From a virus: DNA of 64,000 nt. Under the pieces are notes generated by a model. It made no database searches and was not told the DNA's origin. It saw only the letters and a list, made by a program, of their open reading frames with translations. The translations under genes were made by a program, and so were the position numbers. How positions within the stretch are numbered: position 1 is the first letter of the stretch; each line of letters opens with the position of its first letter. The DNA lies in IMG/VR virus record IMGVR_UViG_3300038701_001167, positions 7,536-71,535 of that record; one strand, given 5' to 3'. Of this stretch, positions 46,243-56,630 are shown piece after piece.

Positions 46243-48399
46243 TTAAGGGGTCTTCTCTTCGATCCGTTTTGCTGCTGTGACCAACACCGTGGACTTGAGC
46301 TCATTGATATCGAGCTTGTCCGTGAGCTTGTCGTTGAACTCGATGACACTGCGTTCAACCGTCAGGTAATCCATTCCGCTATCGACAAGAGCCAATGCGA
46401 ACTTGATCATCTGATTGTTCCGGTTGCCGTTTGCCATACGTTCCGCGAACCAACGCTCAAGGTTGTCCAAGCTGGCCAGTTCTTTGTTCCGCTCATGGAA
46501 GGCATCGTTGCGGGATGTCTTCGGGATGAACGGCAGAATATCCACCAGCTTGCCATGGTTTATATGATAGGTGCCTTTGGGATTGGTCATCCACTTACGG
46601 CTCCGTTGCATGGCTTGCTCATCGACCTTGATCGGGAGCCACTGAAGGAAGTTCTTGATGAACTGGTCAAAGTCTTCCTGGTCGAGATTAAGCTCATAGT
46701 TCATTGGGAAGATCAGGCGGAAACGGTGTTCTGTCTGCGTATGACGCTTGGTGGTGTACGTCATGAACGTGTAGTCTTCGAGCAAAGCATGGGTTTGATC
46801 CATGTCTGCTGTTCCGTCTACATCCACAACCAGGAGATTGAAGCCTGGAATGACATTGTCTTCAGAGCGGTGCTCATTCAGAAATGCGTGGTTTGCCCAA
46901 TGAAAGCCATCCAACTGGGTCAACCTGTGAAGCTCATCAAAGGGAGCCTCATCTGCTGTATAGCCAGCAGCATAGTCGGTTGAGTAGGAGATCTTCACAG
47001 AGTTCAGATCAGTCTCTTTGAGGGACTCACCTGAAAAGAACTCGATCCCATCCGAAAAGGTTTTCCGCATGATGACGTTGTTCCGGTAACCCCAAGCGAT
47101 TGCTAGACCCATGAGTTCGTTACGGGCAGTGGCACTCTTGGGATAGAACGGTAGCTCATCCACCAGATCGGCATGGGTGAGTTCCCGGTCCACGTCAGCG
47201 ACGTGCTTTGCAAGCTTCATGTGAGGCTTGTCCCGTGAGAGCAGTTCTTTGAATGCTTCCCCTGACTCTTCCACCAGTTTGATGGCTGAGTTGAGGTGAT
47301 CCATGGTGACAACAGAGGACTCATCAATGAAGGCAAATGCCCCTGCAAGCTTGAGAGCTTTGAAGTACCGGTGCATCATCTCTGCACGACGAATGCTGTC
47401 GTACCGAGGCATCATGTCTGCCAGAGTTTCACAGTGGATTTTGTACTCAAGTAGAGCGATCCCCTCATCATCAGGCAGTTCCATAAGCCAGTTATGCTTG
47501 TCTGGATCAGCCAGATAGGTGAAATGAGTGGACCACTTTGCGATATCTGAACCAGTCGCAGGATTGATCAGTTCTTGATAGATCTCGGCCGCAGTCTTTT
47601 CCTGGGCTGCTCGTTTGGGTTTACCAAAAGCGAAGAGTGAGCGACGGGCATAACCGGTCTCAAGCATTGAGTAGAATGCTTCTTCAATCTTGGCTCCATC
47701 TAGAAGCTTGTCAGGAGAACCGAACCAGAAAGAGTTGGCGGGTGTTTTGCCATGAATCTCTTCTGTCCGCTTGTTGTCGGCTCCGTTCTTGGTGAGCTTG
47801 TTCTTGATCAGGCCCTGGTCATAGAGTTCCAGGTACGTGGTCATTGCCTCTATAACATGGCCCTGACCGAACTTGAGACCGATCTCATCGATCTGCAAGT
47901 TGATGGAACCAATGTCAGCAAGCAGAAGCTTTTGACGTACCTGTTTGATGGCAGCTTCAGAGCCACCATCAAAAGAGAACGGGTAGGCACCGGTGCTTTT
48001 GAACTCTTTCTCCAGACCATCATATTCGTCTTGAGCTTCTGTCTGGTTCCGAGCAGAGCGGCTCATGGCATGACGCCACAAGGTCCGTTCAGCAATGATG
48101 GGAAGGGTCTCTGTGGTGAAGCGATCACGGAAGCCTTCAAGGAATGAGTTCTCCATGAGGCCTGTAGAGTAGCCTTTGCCGGCGCCAGATGTGGCGAGAG
48201 CAATAGCATAGCAGTTCACAGGGATTTCACCGCGGTCTTTGGTGGAGACACGGGCTCGCATAGAAGAGCCAATGGTGGTGAGATAATAGGCTGCGATCAC
48301 ACGAAAGAAGTGACGGTCGTTGTTCTGCAGGCGAGCGCAGAGAACGTCAGTGATCTCTTCGATAGCCGGGTGGTGGGGAACTTGGTCGAAATCAACCAT
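46243..48399 (-). CDS. primase (N4 gp43 homolog)
   Basis: ATSGAGKG, QIDEIG, DVDG, YTTKRH, RFRL, GNRNN. Confidence 0.85.
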   Translation of the reverse strand: MVDFDQVPHHPAIEEITDVLCARLQNNDRHFFRVIAAYYLTTIGSSMRARVSTKDRGEIPVNCYAIALATSGAGKGYSTGLMENSFLEGFRDRFTTETLPIIAERTLWRHAMSRSARNQTEAQDEYDGLEKEFKSTGAYPFSFDGGSEAAIKQVRQKLLLADIGSINLQIDEIGLKFGQGHVIEAMTTYLELYDQGLIKNKLTKNGADNKRTEEIHGKTPANSFWFGSPDKLLDGAKIEEAFYSMLETGYARRSLFAFGKPKRAAQEKTAAEIYQELINPATGSDIAKWSTHFTYLADPDKHNWLMELPDDEGIALLEYKIHCETLADMMPRYDSIRRAEMMHRYFKALKLAGAFAFIDESSVVTMDHLNSAIKLVEESGEAFKELLSRDKPHMKLAKHVADVDRELTHADLVDELPFYPKSATARNELMGLAIAWGYRNNVIMRKTFSDGIEFFSGESLKETDLNSVKISYSTDYAAGYTADEAPFDELHRLTQLDGFHWANHAFLNEHRSEDNVIPGFNLLVVDVDGTADMDQTHALLEDYTFMTYTTKRHTQTEHRFRLIFPMNYELNLDQEDFDQFIKNFLQWLPIKVDEQAMQRSRKWMTNPKGTYHINHGKLVDILPFIPKTSRNDAFHERNKELASLDNLERWFAERMANGNRNNQMIKFALALVDSGMDYLTVERSVIEFNDKLTDKLDINELKSTVLVTAAKRIEEKTP

Positions 48400-49357
48400 G
48401 GGTGTACAAATCCTTCTGGGTGCAGATGGGAGCAGCGTCACAGTAGCCACATGCTTTCACGACACCGGGAACCTCGATCACAACTCCCTTCCCACCTTTG
48501 TCTTGCATAAAGCGGTAGGCTTGGGCTTTGTCGTCGAAGTTCTTGGTGGATCGACCATCTGTTTTGTTGGGATTGGAGTAGTATTTCCAAACTGTTTCGC
48601 TGCGCCAAAGAGCTTCTTCAGGACAGAAGGGGAGCTCACTTTCAGGCTTGTCGGCATTCATTTCCAAAGAACGAATACGCTCTTTGATCCACTTCTCTGT
48701 CTCCTCAAGAGACATGAGCTGGACACGATGTTCCTTCACACGTTGAGACGGGTAGTTCGGGTTGGCTTTGGCCATTCCCCGCTGCCAATCAGTAAAGATG
48801 AAGTTGATCGTGATGTAATCGGAGGTGATCTTTTCTGGGTGGATCCAGCGATAAATGCTGCCTTGGAGACAGTAATCTTCTTCTTTGGAGCCATTGAGCC
48901 AGGTGTAGACTGAAGTGGTCTTGAAGTCGTTCAGCTCGCCATCGACAACAATGTCGAATTTGCCTGAGATGATGTATCCCATGATTTCACGAGAGCCACG
49001 AAGCTCAAGGTAGACAGGGAGATCTCCATCTTCGACGGTCTCGGGATTGATCCTTACTCGATCGATGACTTGCTGGGGATATCCCAGCTTCTGCATGGCG
49101 TCTTGATAGGAGGTTTTCCAAGACTGCTCGATACCGTCATGGATCGAATGACCCAAGCGAGAAGCAATGTAATCGGCAAGGTCGGGTGTCTTTTCAACCT
49201 TCTCTGTCAGCCGTTCTTTCAACAGAATCTGTCGAACAGGCTTGAGAAGGGATGTGGCTGAAATAGACCGATTGTCTGGTGTAAAGTCGTAGCCATCAGA
49301 TGCCAGCCAGACGGCCATGGGCAGGCCGATGCCTGTGATGTTGGTGATTTTTCCCAT
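48392..49357 (-). CDS. PD-(D/E)xK exonuclease-like protein (N4 gp42 homolog)
   Basis: ISATSLLKP.RQ, G..IH..IE, ISGKFD...DFKTTS, C.YC. Confidence 0.8.
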   Translation of the reverse strand: MGKITNITGIGLPMAVWLASDGYDFTPDNRSISATSLLKPVRQILLKERLTEKVEKTPDLADYIASRLGHSIHDGIEQSWKTSYQDAMQKLGYPQQVIDRVRINPETVEDGDLPVYLELRGSREIMGYIISGKFDIVVDGELNDFKTTSVYTWLNGSKEEDYCLQGSIYRWIHPEKITSDYITINFIFTDWQRGMAKANPNYPSQRVKEHRVQLMSLEETEKWIKERIRSLEMNADKPESELPFCPEEALWRSETVWKYYSNPNKTDGRSTKNFDDKAQAYRFMQDKGGKGVVIEVPGVVKACGYCDAAPICTQKDLYTHG

Positions 49358-49452
49358 GAGTGTATTCCCCCTGGCTCTATGGTTTGATGTGCTTTGGTGT
49401 GATGGTGGTTGGTCCTAAACCCCAGATAGGGATGTGACCAACCACCGATCGA

Positions 49453-49821
49453 TCAGCTTTTCACTGTTTCTGGAACAGCGGAAGCTTTAGAGAAGTCTTC
49501 CTGCGTGGTGTAAGCAAGCGGGAAGATGTTTAGGAGAACGATGTCTCGGAGTTGATCCGGAGTGACATCGTTCTCCTTATTCAAACGTGCCATGACACCC
49601 TGGTTCGCCTTGTCGAGATCGTCTCGGAGAATGTTGGGTGACGATGTGATCAACATGATGTTGACCGTGCGCTGTTTGAGTTGGTCATCTTTTGAGTAGA
49701 TGGCCTGAGCTGCAACAAGGTGAAAATATTCCTTCACCTCGCCTTGTGGGGTATCAGCAGCTTTGCTCGATGCTTTCTTGTTTTTTGGAGCTGTGTCCGT
49801 TCCTGGATATAGAGGATTCAT
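49453..49821 (-). CDS. hypothetical protein (122 aa)
   Basis: Coupled to the polymerase stop. Confidence 0.7.
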   Translation of the reverse strand: MNPLYPGTDTAPKNKKASSKAADTPQGEVKEYFHLVAAQAIYSKDDQLKQRTVNIMLITSSPNILRDDLDKANQGVMARLNKENDVTPDQLRDIVLLNIFPLAYTTQEDFSKASAVPETVKS

Positions 49822-52430
49822 TAAGCAGCTTTCTTTCCTGTTTTGTTGAGGTCATCGAGATGTTCCGAGATGCAATCAAAGATCGTGTCATTGCTTGCAT
49901 GGTTCGGGATTTCCTTCTCGTAAGCCCATGAGGGCCAGAAGATGGAGAGCTCCCCACCCAGCTTTACCTGGTCATGTGCAATAGCAGGATGTTCTTGCCA
50001 CTGTACGGCTTTAACCAAGTGCTCATTGACATATTGAACCACGTCAATGTCATCTGGGATGAGGAAGTATTGCGCATCATGGATATGCGCTATTGGCCGG
50101 ATCAGCAGGCGATAAGGGCTTCGACGCACCTTGCCCATAAACTCAGTGCTTGCGCGAGAGTTCAGGAGACACCAGGACTGTCCTAGTGCATTGCCTGCTG
50201 TCCGACCTTCGGCCGCAGCTTCATAGGGCGTCTTGGACGTCCCTCTGATGACCTGATGGAGTAGGGGAGTCCGAACCCTCAGGCCAAACGCTGCCGTGAT
50301 ATAGCCAGTATGTGAAGCCTCTTCGAGCTGCTCATCTACCCATTCATCACTCACTCGGTAGAGTTCATGATATCTGGCTTCGATGCTGCGAGCTTCCTCT
50401 TCAGAGAACCCGCATTTCGCCATCAGGGTGATGTATGTACCCTGATAAGTTAATGCGAAGGTTGGCGTCTTGGACGCCTGCCGAAGCGGCTTGTATTTTC
50501 CAGCAATGGAATTGATGCTCTCAACAGTGTCTTCGATATCTGGCATCTGCTCCCGGAAGTAGGAGAATGCCCGCATCGAGTGACCGTCGTACCCATCCGT
50601 GTAGACCTTCAATTTGTTGGGGTCTTTGGTGGTGAGAGCAGAGATCCGGTCTTCAAGTGAAGCGAAATCCAGTCCAATCATCAAGTAGCCCTTTGGCGCA
50701 CGGAAACAGTCCTTGATCAGTTTCGCGTACTTGGATCCGGTGGCTGGGATGGTCTGAAGATTGGGCCCGGATGAACTCAACCGGCCAGAGACAGTGCCTC
50801 CGAGGTTGAAGTTACCGAACAGGTAGTAGGCGCCATCAGATGCTTTGATGGCTTCTTCCATTGCAGGAATGAACGTCCCATAGATTTTGTCCACGGCTTT
50901 GAAGTCGAGAACAGCATCCAAGAAAGCTTTGATGGCTGGCTCTTCTGTGAAAGCTTTGAGCTTCTCCAGAATTTCCGCACCAGTGGCTGGCTGTTTGGAC
51001 TTGGTTCGTTCAATGACTGGCAGGCCCAGTTCTTCGTAGAGAAGACGCTGAACCTGGTCTGGCGAGTTTGGATTAAACTCCTTGTCGAAATTACCAGACG
51101 TGTAGGCTCTCACCTTGGTTCCGGCTGCCTTACGGTTGAGCCATGCTTGATAGCGTTCTGTTTCGGCTTCCTCGTTCAGTTTGTGAACAAATTCCCGAAC
51201 CAGTGCATGACCATGGATCCGCTTGAGCGAGTCGTCCCGGTCCACTTCCAAGAGCAGCTTGGTCTCTTTGACCTTGTCCATGTCCAAAGGCATGCCCGTG
51301 AGCTGCATTTGAATGATGTCCAAGATCGCTGGCTTGAAGAGTGTCTCGTAGATGTGAAGCTGCTCATCAGCCACCATGGTGGCATAGTGCTTGTGGTAGA
51401 CATACCAGGTGGCACAGGCGTCAATGAGGTTGTATTCAAGAAGCTCAGCCATCGGAATTGACCGAATGTCTTTGATCTCTTCAACCGCATAGTTGCCGGT
51501 GAATTCTTGGCTCTGGTCCTTGAGGCCGAGGCTGTTGCCTGCACAGGAGTTTGTTGCCAAGTAGGTGATGAGCTTGGTGTCTTCCCAGTTCTTGAGCATG
51601 ACGTCCATGCCATCGAGCAGACCTTCCGTATCCAAGAGATCGGACATGAAAAGCTGGTAGATGAGAATGTAGACGTCATAGCTAATGTTGTGGAAAATCA
51701 ACTTGTGCTTCATCTCGTGGAAGAAAGTCCGAAGCATTTCCCGAACAGTTTCCGGGTTGGGCCCACGATCAACAGGGAAAGCAATCCCTTCATGCTGGTT
51801 CCAAGCAAACGAGATCGTACCAATCCCGGCTGAATAGTGCTTCAGTGAGAAGGCCTCGATGTCACAGGTGAGGTCACACTGCATGTCCAGCAGCTTGGCG
51901 AGCCATGCAGCGATATCGACCGTAGAGGTGGGGTAGGCGGCATGCTTGAGGATTGCATGCCCTGGTTCCTGGTATTGGCCGATACGATGATCCCAGAGAG
52001 CCTTGAAGGCATCCTGAATCTTCAAACGGGTCGGCTCAGGATTATAGAAGACCTGGCGATAGTTTGGAATGAAGATGACGTTGAACCTTCCTTGCAGGCT
52101 CTCCGGGTATTTGTTGGGCAGAACGTATCCTGCATAGGCTTGGGCTTTCTTCACACCGGTGAGGGTCTTGAAGTAATCCCCATCTGTGACCATCAGGTAC
52201 TCTGTTCCGATGGTTGTCAGGGCAGGTAGGAGCTCATCGAGGAACTCCTTTTGGTCAGCCACAGATGTTTTCTTACCAGTGATGTGCAGCTGGTAGGCCA
52301 CCACTTCTTCTGGCTTGAGGCCGCTTTCCCCGAAATACTCTCTGACCATTCCATCCTTTTCGAGTTTGGGAGCCAGAAAGCAGATCGGGAAAGTTGACGG
52401 CTGAGTGTCGGTGAAAGTTTGGTATCGCAT
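49821..52430 (-). CDS. family A DNA polymerase (N4 gp39 homolog)
   Basis: Exo CDIE, FHN..YD, YN..D; pol motifs DFASLE, RQASK..TFALTYQG, IHDA. Confidence 0.95.
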   Translation of the reverse strand: MRYQTFTDTQPSTFPICFLAPKLEKDGMVREYFGESGLKPEEVVAYQLHITGKKTSVADQKEFLDELLPALTTIGTEYLMVTDGDYFKTLTGVKKAQAYAGYVLPNKYPESLQGRFNVIFIPNYRQVFYNPEPTRLKIQDAFKALWDHRIGQYQEPGHAILKHAAYPTSTVDIAAWLAKLLDMQCDLTCDIEAFSLKHYSAGIGTISFAWNQHEGIAFPVDRGPNPETVREMLRTFFHEMKHKLIFHNISYDVYILIYQLFMSDLLDTEGLLDGMDVMLKNWEDTKLITYLATNSCAGNSLGLKDQSQEFTGNYAVEEIKDIRSIPMAELLEYNLIDACATWYVYHKHYATMVADEQLHIYETLFKPAILDIIQMQLTGMPLDMDKVKETKLLLEVDRDDSLKRIHGHALVREFVHKLNEEAETERYQAWLNRKAAGTKVRAYTSGNFDKEFNPNSPDQVQRLLYEELGLPVIERTKSKQPATGAEILEKLKAFTEEPAIKAFLDAVLDFKAVDKIYGTFIPAMEEAIKASDGAYYLFGNFNLGGTVSGRLSSSGPNLQTIPATGSKYAKLIKDCFRAPKGYLMIGLDFASLEDRISALTTKDPNKLKVYTDGYDGHSMRAFSYFREQMPDIEDTVESINSIAGKYKPLRQASKTPTFALTYQGTYITLMAKCGFSEEEARSIEARYHELYRVSDEWVDEQLEEASHTGYITAAFGLRVRTPLLHQVIRGTSKTPYEAAAEGRTAGNALGQSWCLLNSRASTEFMGKVRRSPYRLLIRPIAHIHDAQYFLIPDDIDVVQYVNEHLVKAVQWQEHPAIAHDQVKLGGELSIFWPSWAYEKEIPNHASNDTIFDCISEHLDDLNKTGKKAA

Positions 52431-52939
52431 CAGTAGAGGATCCGGCTTGAGAGATAATACTGGAGCAGTTGTTCGGTCTTCTCGAACTGGCTCAGCAGCA
52501 TCGGGTTATCTTGGAGGGTCCAAGCAACAGGTCTGGTGCGTTGTAAGGAACCCAGCTCAGGCAAAATCATTCGAACTGCGTTTGGTAGAGCATCCCTGAC
52601 ATCCTGTTGGTTAGAGCAACCACGCAGAACGACGGAGAGACCTTGCCGAAGCCTGGTTTTGTCTCTCTGGAACTCATCGATGGATTTGGCGAGGCTCTCG
52701 CCAAGTTCATGAAGAGAGGGATGTAGAGGAAGCTTCTTGGTAGTCCGTTGCTCTTTGATAGAGAGCAGGCTGTAGAAGCGACCTCCAAAAAGAAAGCCCT
52801 CCCGATTGTTGGAGAGCTCAGCGTTTTGTTGAATGATTGTCTCGATTTCCCGATTGAACATCAGGGCATCGGCTTCTCCGATACCGTCAATGATGCGGGT
52901 GAGATACTCATTCTGCAGCGAGGGAGTTGGTTGTGGCAT
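52430..52939 (-). CDS. N4 gp38-position protein
   Basis: Between helicase and polymerase; QDVRDALP motif; start moved to MPQPT. Confidence 0.7.
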   Translation of the reverse strand: MPQPTPSLQNEYLTRIIDGIGEADALMFNREIETIIQQNAELSNNREGFLFGGRFYSLLSIKEQRTTKKLPLHPSLHELGESLAKSIDEFQRDKTRLRQGLSVVLRGCSNQQDVRDALPNAVRMILPELGSLQRTRPVAWTLQDNPMLLSQFEKTEQLLQYYLSSRILY

Positions 52940-54263
52940 GGTAATCTGGTCCTTGGTACTTGTAGGGGAGGTCCCCATAGAAGAAGACCTGTGAAGTGGC
53001 CCTGGACGCAGCGACGAAGAGCATACGAGCAACCATCTCTGCATCGTGGCAGCAGCCGATATTGCCCAGATCAACGAAGACCGTTTCGTAGGTGCTTCCT
53101 TGAGACTTGTGGACAGTGCAGGCTTCCTTGCCGCGAAGATCGGCCATGAAGTTTTTCAGCTCGAAATACCGGCCCCATTCTTTACGCTTCTTGAGCACTT
53201 TGAGTGTGGCAGCCACATGAGCAGGACGAACGGCTACTGGGACTTCCACTGGCTCCATGAAAGAAGCACGAGGAGTGATCCCAAGGTTTCGGTATTCGAT
53301 TTCTTGGCCGTCCGAAGTGACATCAGCATACCCAAACTTGTAGATTTGAGGATCAACACTGTGGACGTAGACTTCCCGTTCCACGTTGAGAACCAGTTTG
53401 CCACGGGCAAAAGTTGTGGCAACGACGAGCTGGTCTCCTTTAACGAACTCCTTGGGCAATCCGCGGATTTCACGGATGTACTCATTATAGTCGCTGACCC
53501 TGTTGTTGCTGTAGCAAAGGATACGAGCAGAGTCGTTTTGCTCCAGGAAGTACTCGTTCATCTTCTCTTCCATCTGGGTAGGATTGAGGAACTGAATGGC
53601 TGGAGCATTGGGACGGATACGGTAGAACTGCTCTGTTTCCACGGTTTCTCGTAGCTGCTTACACAGGTCGACCAATGCCGGTGTGTTGGCATTACGGACA
53701 GGCTGTGTGAGGTGGACAAAGTAGTTTGGATCCACGTTGAGATAGACCGGTGAGATCTCTTCTCCGATAGGGGAGAGCTGAGACTTGTCCCCAACGAAGA
53801 CGATCTTGCTGTCGACCACATGCTTGAGAATGATCTCGTAAAGCTCTGTGGAAATCATCGAAGATTCATCGATGAACAAAATGATCTGACGATGTGTCTT
53901 GGTGTTGTGAGATGTCTCAATCTTGGTCTTGCCGGACTTGTAATCGTCCCAGACTCTCAGACCCAAGAAAGAGTGGATGGTTTGAACAGGCTGGTTCACA
54001 GACCGCTCAAGCACCTCTCCAGCCTTGTTGGTGGTGGCTGTGAAGTGGATGTTGTAGGGGACTGAATCAATTCCCATGATACCACAGGAACGCTCATAGG
54101 TTTGCATGAGATCGTTGCTGAGATAGTTCATGAGGAACGTCTTGCCGACACCGGCACCACCAGACAGAACGAAGGTGGAAGCGTCAGATACAAGAAACTC
54201 AAAGAAGGCATCGACGGCCACCTGCTGATCTGCAGTGAGTTGTGCTTTGGTAGGTGTAGGCAT
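52908..54263 (-). CDS. SF1 (Dda/RecD-like) DNA helicase (N4 gp37 homolog)
   Basis: GGAGVGKT, TIHSFL, IDESSMI, VGD..QL.P, TVHKSQGST. Confidence 0.92.
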   Translation of the reverse strand: MPTPTKAQLTADQQVAVDAFFEFLVSDASTFVLSGGAGVGKTFLMNYLSNDLMQTYERSCGIMGIDSVPYNIHFTATTNKAGEVLERSVNQPVQTIHSFLGLRVWDDYKSGKTKIETSHNTKTHRQIILFIDESSMISTELYEIILKHVVDSKIVFVGDKSQLSPIGEEISPVYLNVDPNYFVHLTQPVRNANTPALVDLCKQLRETVETEQFYRIRPNAPAIQFLNPTQMEEKMNEYFLEQNDSARILCYSNNRVSDYNEYIREIRGLPKEFVKGDQLVVATTFARGKLVLNVEREVYVHSVDPQIYKFGYADVTSDGQEIEYRNLGITPRASFMEPVEVPVAVRPAHVAATLKVLKKRKEWGRYFELKNFMADLRGKEACTVHKSQGSTYETVFVDLGNIGCCHDAEMVARMLFVAASRATSQVFFYGDLPYKYQGPDYHATTNSLAAE

Positions 54264-54272
54264 TGTGTGTCC

Positions 54273-54554
54273 TTAGGCTGCTTTGCGCTTTTTGACTGGG
54301 AGCCAGACAAGACGACCTTGCTCGGTGGTGTAGTCACCTTCCGAGAGCTGAATATCTCGCCAGTAGGTTCCGGATTTGCTGGTGGAGTTTCCGTTGGGAG
54401 CAAGCTTGATGAAGGTTTTTCTGACCTGAGCAAAAAGCTCATGGTTTCGGTGGAAGAGGGGTGCTTCGAAGTATTCCCCGTTGCGACTCATCAGAGCATG
54501 CGAATCAACTATAGGGGTGAAGAAGTTTGAGATGTGTTCAACTTTAGAGGACAT
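54273..54554 (-). CDS. hypothetical protein (93 aa)
   Basis: GGAG RBS. Confidence 0.65.
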   Translation of the reverse strand: MSSKVEHISNFFTPIVDSHALMSRNGEYFEAPLFHRNHELFAQVRKTFIKLAPNGNSTSKSGTYWRDIQLSEGDYTTEQGRLVWLPVKKRKAA

Positions 54555-54635
54555 TTTGGTCTCCTGATTTGGTGGGGTAAGTAGTATCTTTTGATGTAAG
54601 CAAGAATAAACTTTAAATAGTTTTCAGTACGTTAG

Positions 54636-54656
54636 TATAATCTGGTGTGGTGTGAT
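54636..54656 (+). promoter_or_regulatory. putative parA promoter (-10) with an adjacent TGGTGTGGTGTGAT motif
   Basis: TATAAT at 54636-54641 immediately followed by the dispersed repeat. Confidence 0.5.
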
Positions 54657-54722
54657 GCGATTTAACGTGACAGCACGTCATACGCTGTGTCAACTTGACC
54701 TCGGGAAAACTTGGAGCATGAT

Positions 54723-55433
54723 ATGCCGGTACTTACCTTCGCATCGTCTAAAGGAGGGGCAGGGAAAACAACCTCTGCAATCATCTTGGCGACGACACTA
54801 TGTCGTGACCACAAAGTGTGTCTGATTGATGCTGATCCAGCCAAACGATTGATGGGCTGGTCAGAAAAGGGGAAGCTTCCTCTTCGTCTTGAAGTCATGA
54901 GCACTCGTGGAGAGAAGCACATCCACGAAGAGATCGAGGCAGCCAAAGAACGGGCTGAGTTCGTGATCATCGATTTGGAAGGTGCAGCAACTCGCCTGAA
55001 CGCATTTGCTATGGGAGAAAGTGATTTGGTCATCATCCCGATGGGAGATGAGCAGCAGGACGCTGAGGGAGCCATTGAGACAATGTCTGAGCTGGCTCTG
55101 GAAGCTCGTCAGATGCGTCGGGAGATCCCGGTACGCATCTTGTTTGCTCGTACTCAGGCCGCGGTTAAATCGCGTCTGGAGAAGTCTTTGAATGAGCAGG
55201 TACGTGATAAGGTAGGAGCATTTGCCACAGAGCTTCATCGCAGGACTGCATTCTCTTCACTGCACAACCTTGGTGGTTCGCTCTACCAGATGAATACGAA
55301 TGAAGTGACTGGTGTGGCTAAGGCCATCGCCAATGCAGAGCTGTTTGCAGAAGAGTTGAAGAAAGACCTGAAGGTGATCGATCGTATGCGCAAGTCACCT
55401 CGCAAGATCAATGGGGAGATGAAGCATGCCTAA
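54723..55433 (+). CDS. parA: ParA partition ATPase (short, type Ib/ParF-like)
   Basis: Deviant Walker A SSKGGAGKTT, IDADP, IIDLEG; no N-terminal HTH. Confidence 0.93.
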   Translation: MPVLTFASSKGGAGKTTSAIILATTLCRDHKVCLIDADPAKRLMGWSEKGKLPLRLEVMSTRGEKHIHEEIEAAKERAEFVIIDLEGAATRLNAFAMGESDLVIIPMGDEQQDAEGAIETMSELALEARQMRREIPVRILFARTQAAVKSRLEKSLNEQVRDKVGAFATELHRRTAFSSLHNLGGSLYQMNTNEVTGVAKAIANAELFAEELKKDLKVIDRMRKSPRKINGEMKHA

Positions 55434-55677
55434 GGCGATGGATTTTAAGAAACTGGATCAACTGAAAGAGTCAGAGCGTCGTGAACTTGAACGGGGACGT
55501 TGGAAGTCTCGTGACATCAATCCAACTGTGCAGATGTCTATCCGGATAGAAGAGGAAGAGTATCTTCGCTTCAGGGCTCTATGCAAAGCAGAGCGTCGAA
55601 CCAATGGTGAGATGCTTATTCACTTGATGAATGCGTATCTGTCCACCACCGAGGAGCGAACGGAACAACCCCGGTGA
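55426..55677 (+). CDS. ribbon-helix-helix partition/centromere-binding protein (ParG-like)
   Basis: Overlaps the parA stop; VQMSIRI strand followed by two helices. Confidence 0.7.
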   Translation: MPKAMDFKKLDQLKESERRELERGRWKSRDINPTVQMSIRIEEEEYLRFRALCKAERRTNGEMLIHLMNAYLSTTEERTEQPR

Positions 55678-55751
55678 TGGACAGAAGGGAGGAGTGCTCC
55701 AGGTGTACCTGGTGACGTCCTCAAAGCCTGACCGGGAAAGGAACGAACCGG

Positions 55752-55940
55752 TCAGGTATCTTTAGAAAGAGAGCCATCGCTCTGGCTCTCCATATGCTTT
55801 AAATCCTGTACGGCTTTTTTCCGAGACCAGTATTCTTTATAAGCGTGATCAAGCTGTAGCTTTGACTTCTCTAACTGTACTTCAGCCCATGTAGTCTTGA
55901 GGCGAGACCATGCTCTTGATGTGATGGGAAATTGCATCAT
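55752..55940 (-). CDS. hypothetical protein (62 aa)
   Basis: ATGA coupling. Confidence 0.5.
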   Translation of the reverse strand: MMQFPITSRAWSRLKTTWAEVQLEKSKLQLDHAYKEYWSRKKAVQDLKHMESQSDGSLSKDT

Positions 55941-56167
55941 TCTGACTGCTCCCCGGATTCAATCGCTTCTTTTATTTTGACGCGCGTGTCAGATGCAAAT
56001 TTCATGGTCGCATGGAGTTCGCCCGCATAGGCGTGTCTTTGTGCAAATTCAGCGTCCCGCGCCAAAGTTCGTAAGACACCGCGTAGCCGTTCAATCTCGG
56101 CCATCAACTCAGCCTCGCGCGGCGCCGGTGGCAGTTTCACGTCTTGGCGTGGCATGGGGTCAAGCAT
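55937..56167 (-). CDS. hypothetical protein (76 aa; AEIERLR motif)
   Basis: Overlap coupling with 56160..56387. Confidence 0.55.
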   Translation of the reverse strand: MLDPMPRQDVKLPPAPREAELMAEIERLRGVLRTLARDAEFAQRHAYAGELHATMKFASDTRVKIKEAIESGEQSE

Positions 56168-56387
56168 CGCTCTGGCCCTCCTTGGATTCACAGTCAACAT
56201 CGCCTACGAGGCGCGAGTTTTTCGGCATCAGCGCGCAGTACCCCACCTCGCGTATCAGGTTGGCTGCATCGTTTCGTAAAGGCTCATCGCTGATCCACCA
56301 GCGCCGAAAGAAGCCGCGCCAGCCCGTGCGCTCAACTGCCATGTTGTGAAGAATACAAAGCGCCCGCATTTGCTGTTCTCGGGTCAT
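56160..56387 (-). CDS. hypothetical protein (75 aa)
   Basis: ATGA coupling. Confidence 0.55.
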   Translation of the reverse strand: MTREQQMRALCILHNMAVERTGWRGFFRRWWISDEPLRNDAANLIREVGYCALMPKNSRLVGDVDCESKEGQSDA

Positions 56388-56611
56388 TCTGCCTCCCCGG
56401 ATTCACTCATTGCGGCGTCCCATCCAGCGTTGAAACCCATAACGTAGGGTCTATCGCTTTTCATCCTGACCAATTCGTCACGAAGGTGCTCAATCTCTTT
56501 TGCAGCATCCAGCATGATCGCTTGACCAGTATCAAACGTGCCAGTCTCAGCCATGACACGCGCAGCGTCTTTTAGGTCTTTGGTGAGACCGTGATCGGTC
56601 ATGGCGCTCAT
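56384..56611 (-). CDS. hypothetical protein (75 aa)
   Basis: AAGGAG RBS. Confidence 0.55.
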   Translation of the reverse strand: MSAMTDHGLTKDLKDAARVMAETGTFDTGQAIMLDAAKEIEHLRDELVRMKSDRPYVMGFNAGWDAAMSESGEAE

Positions 56612-56630
56612 TCTGACTGCTCCTTAGTAA

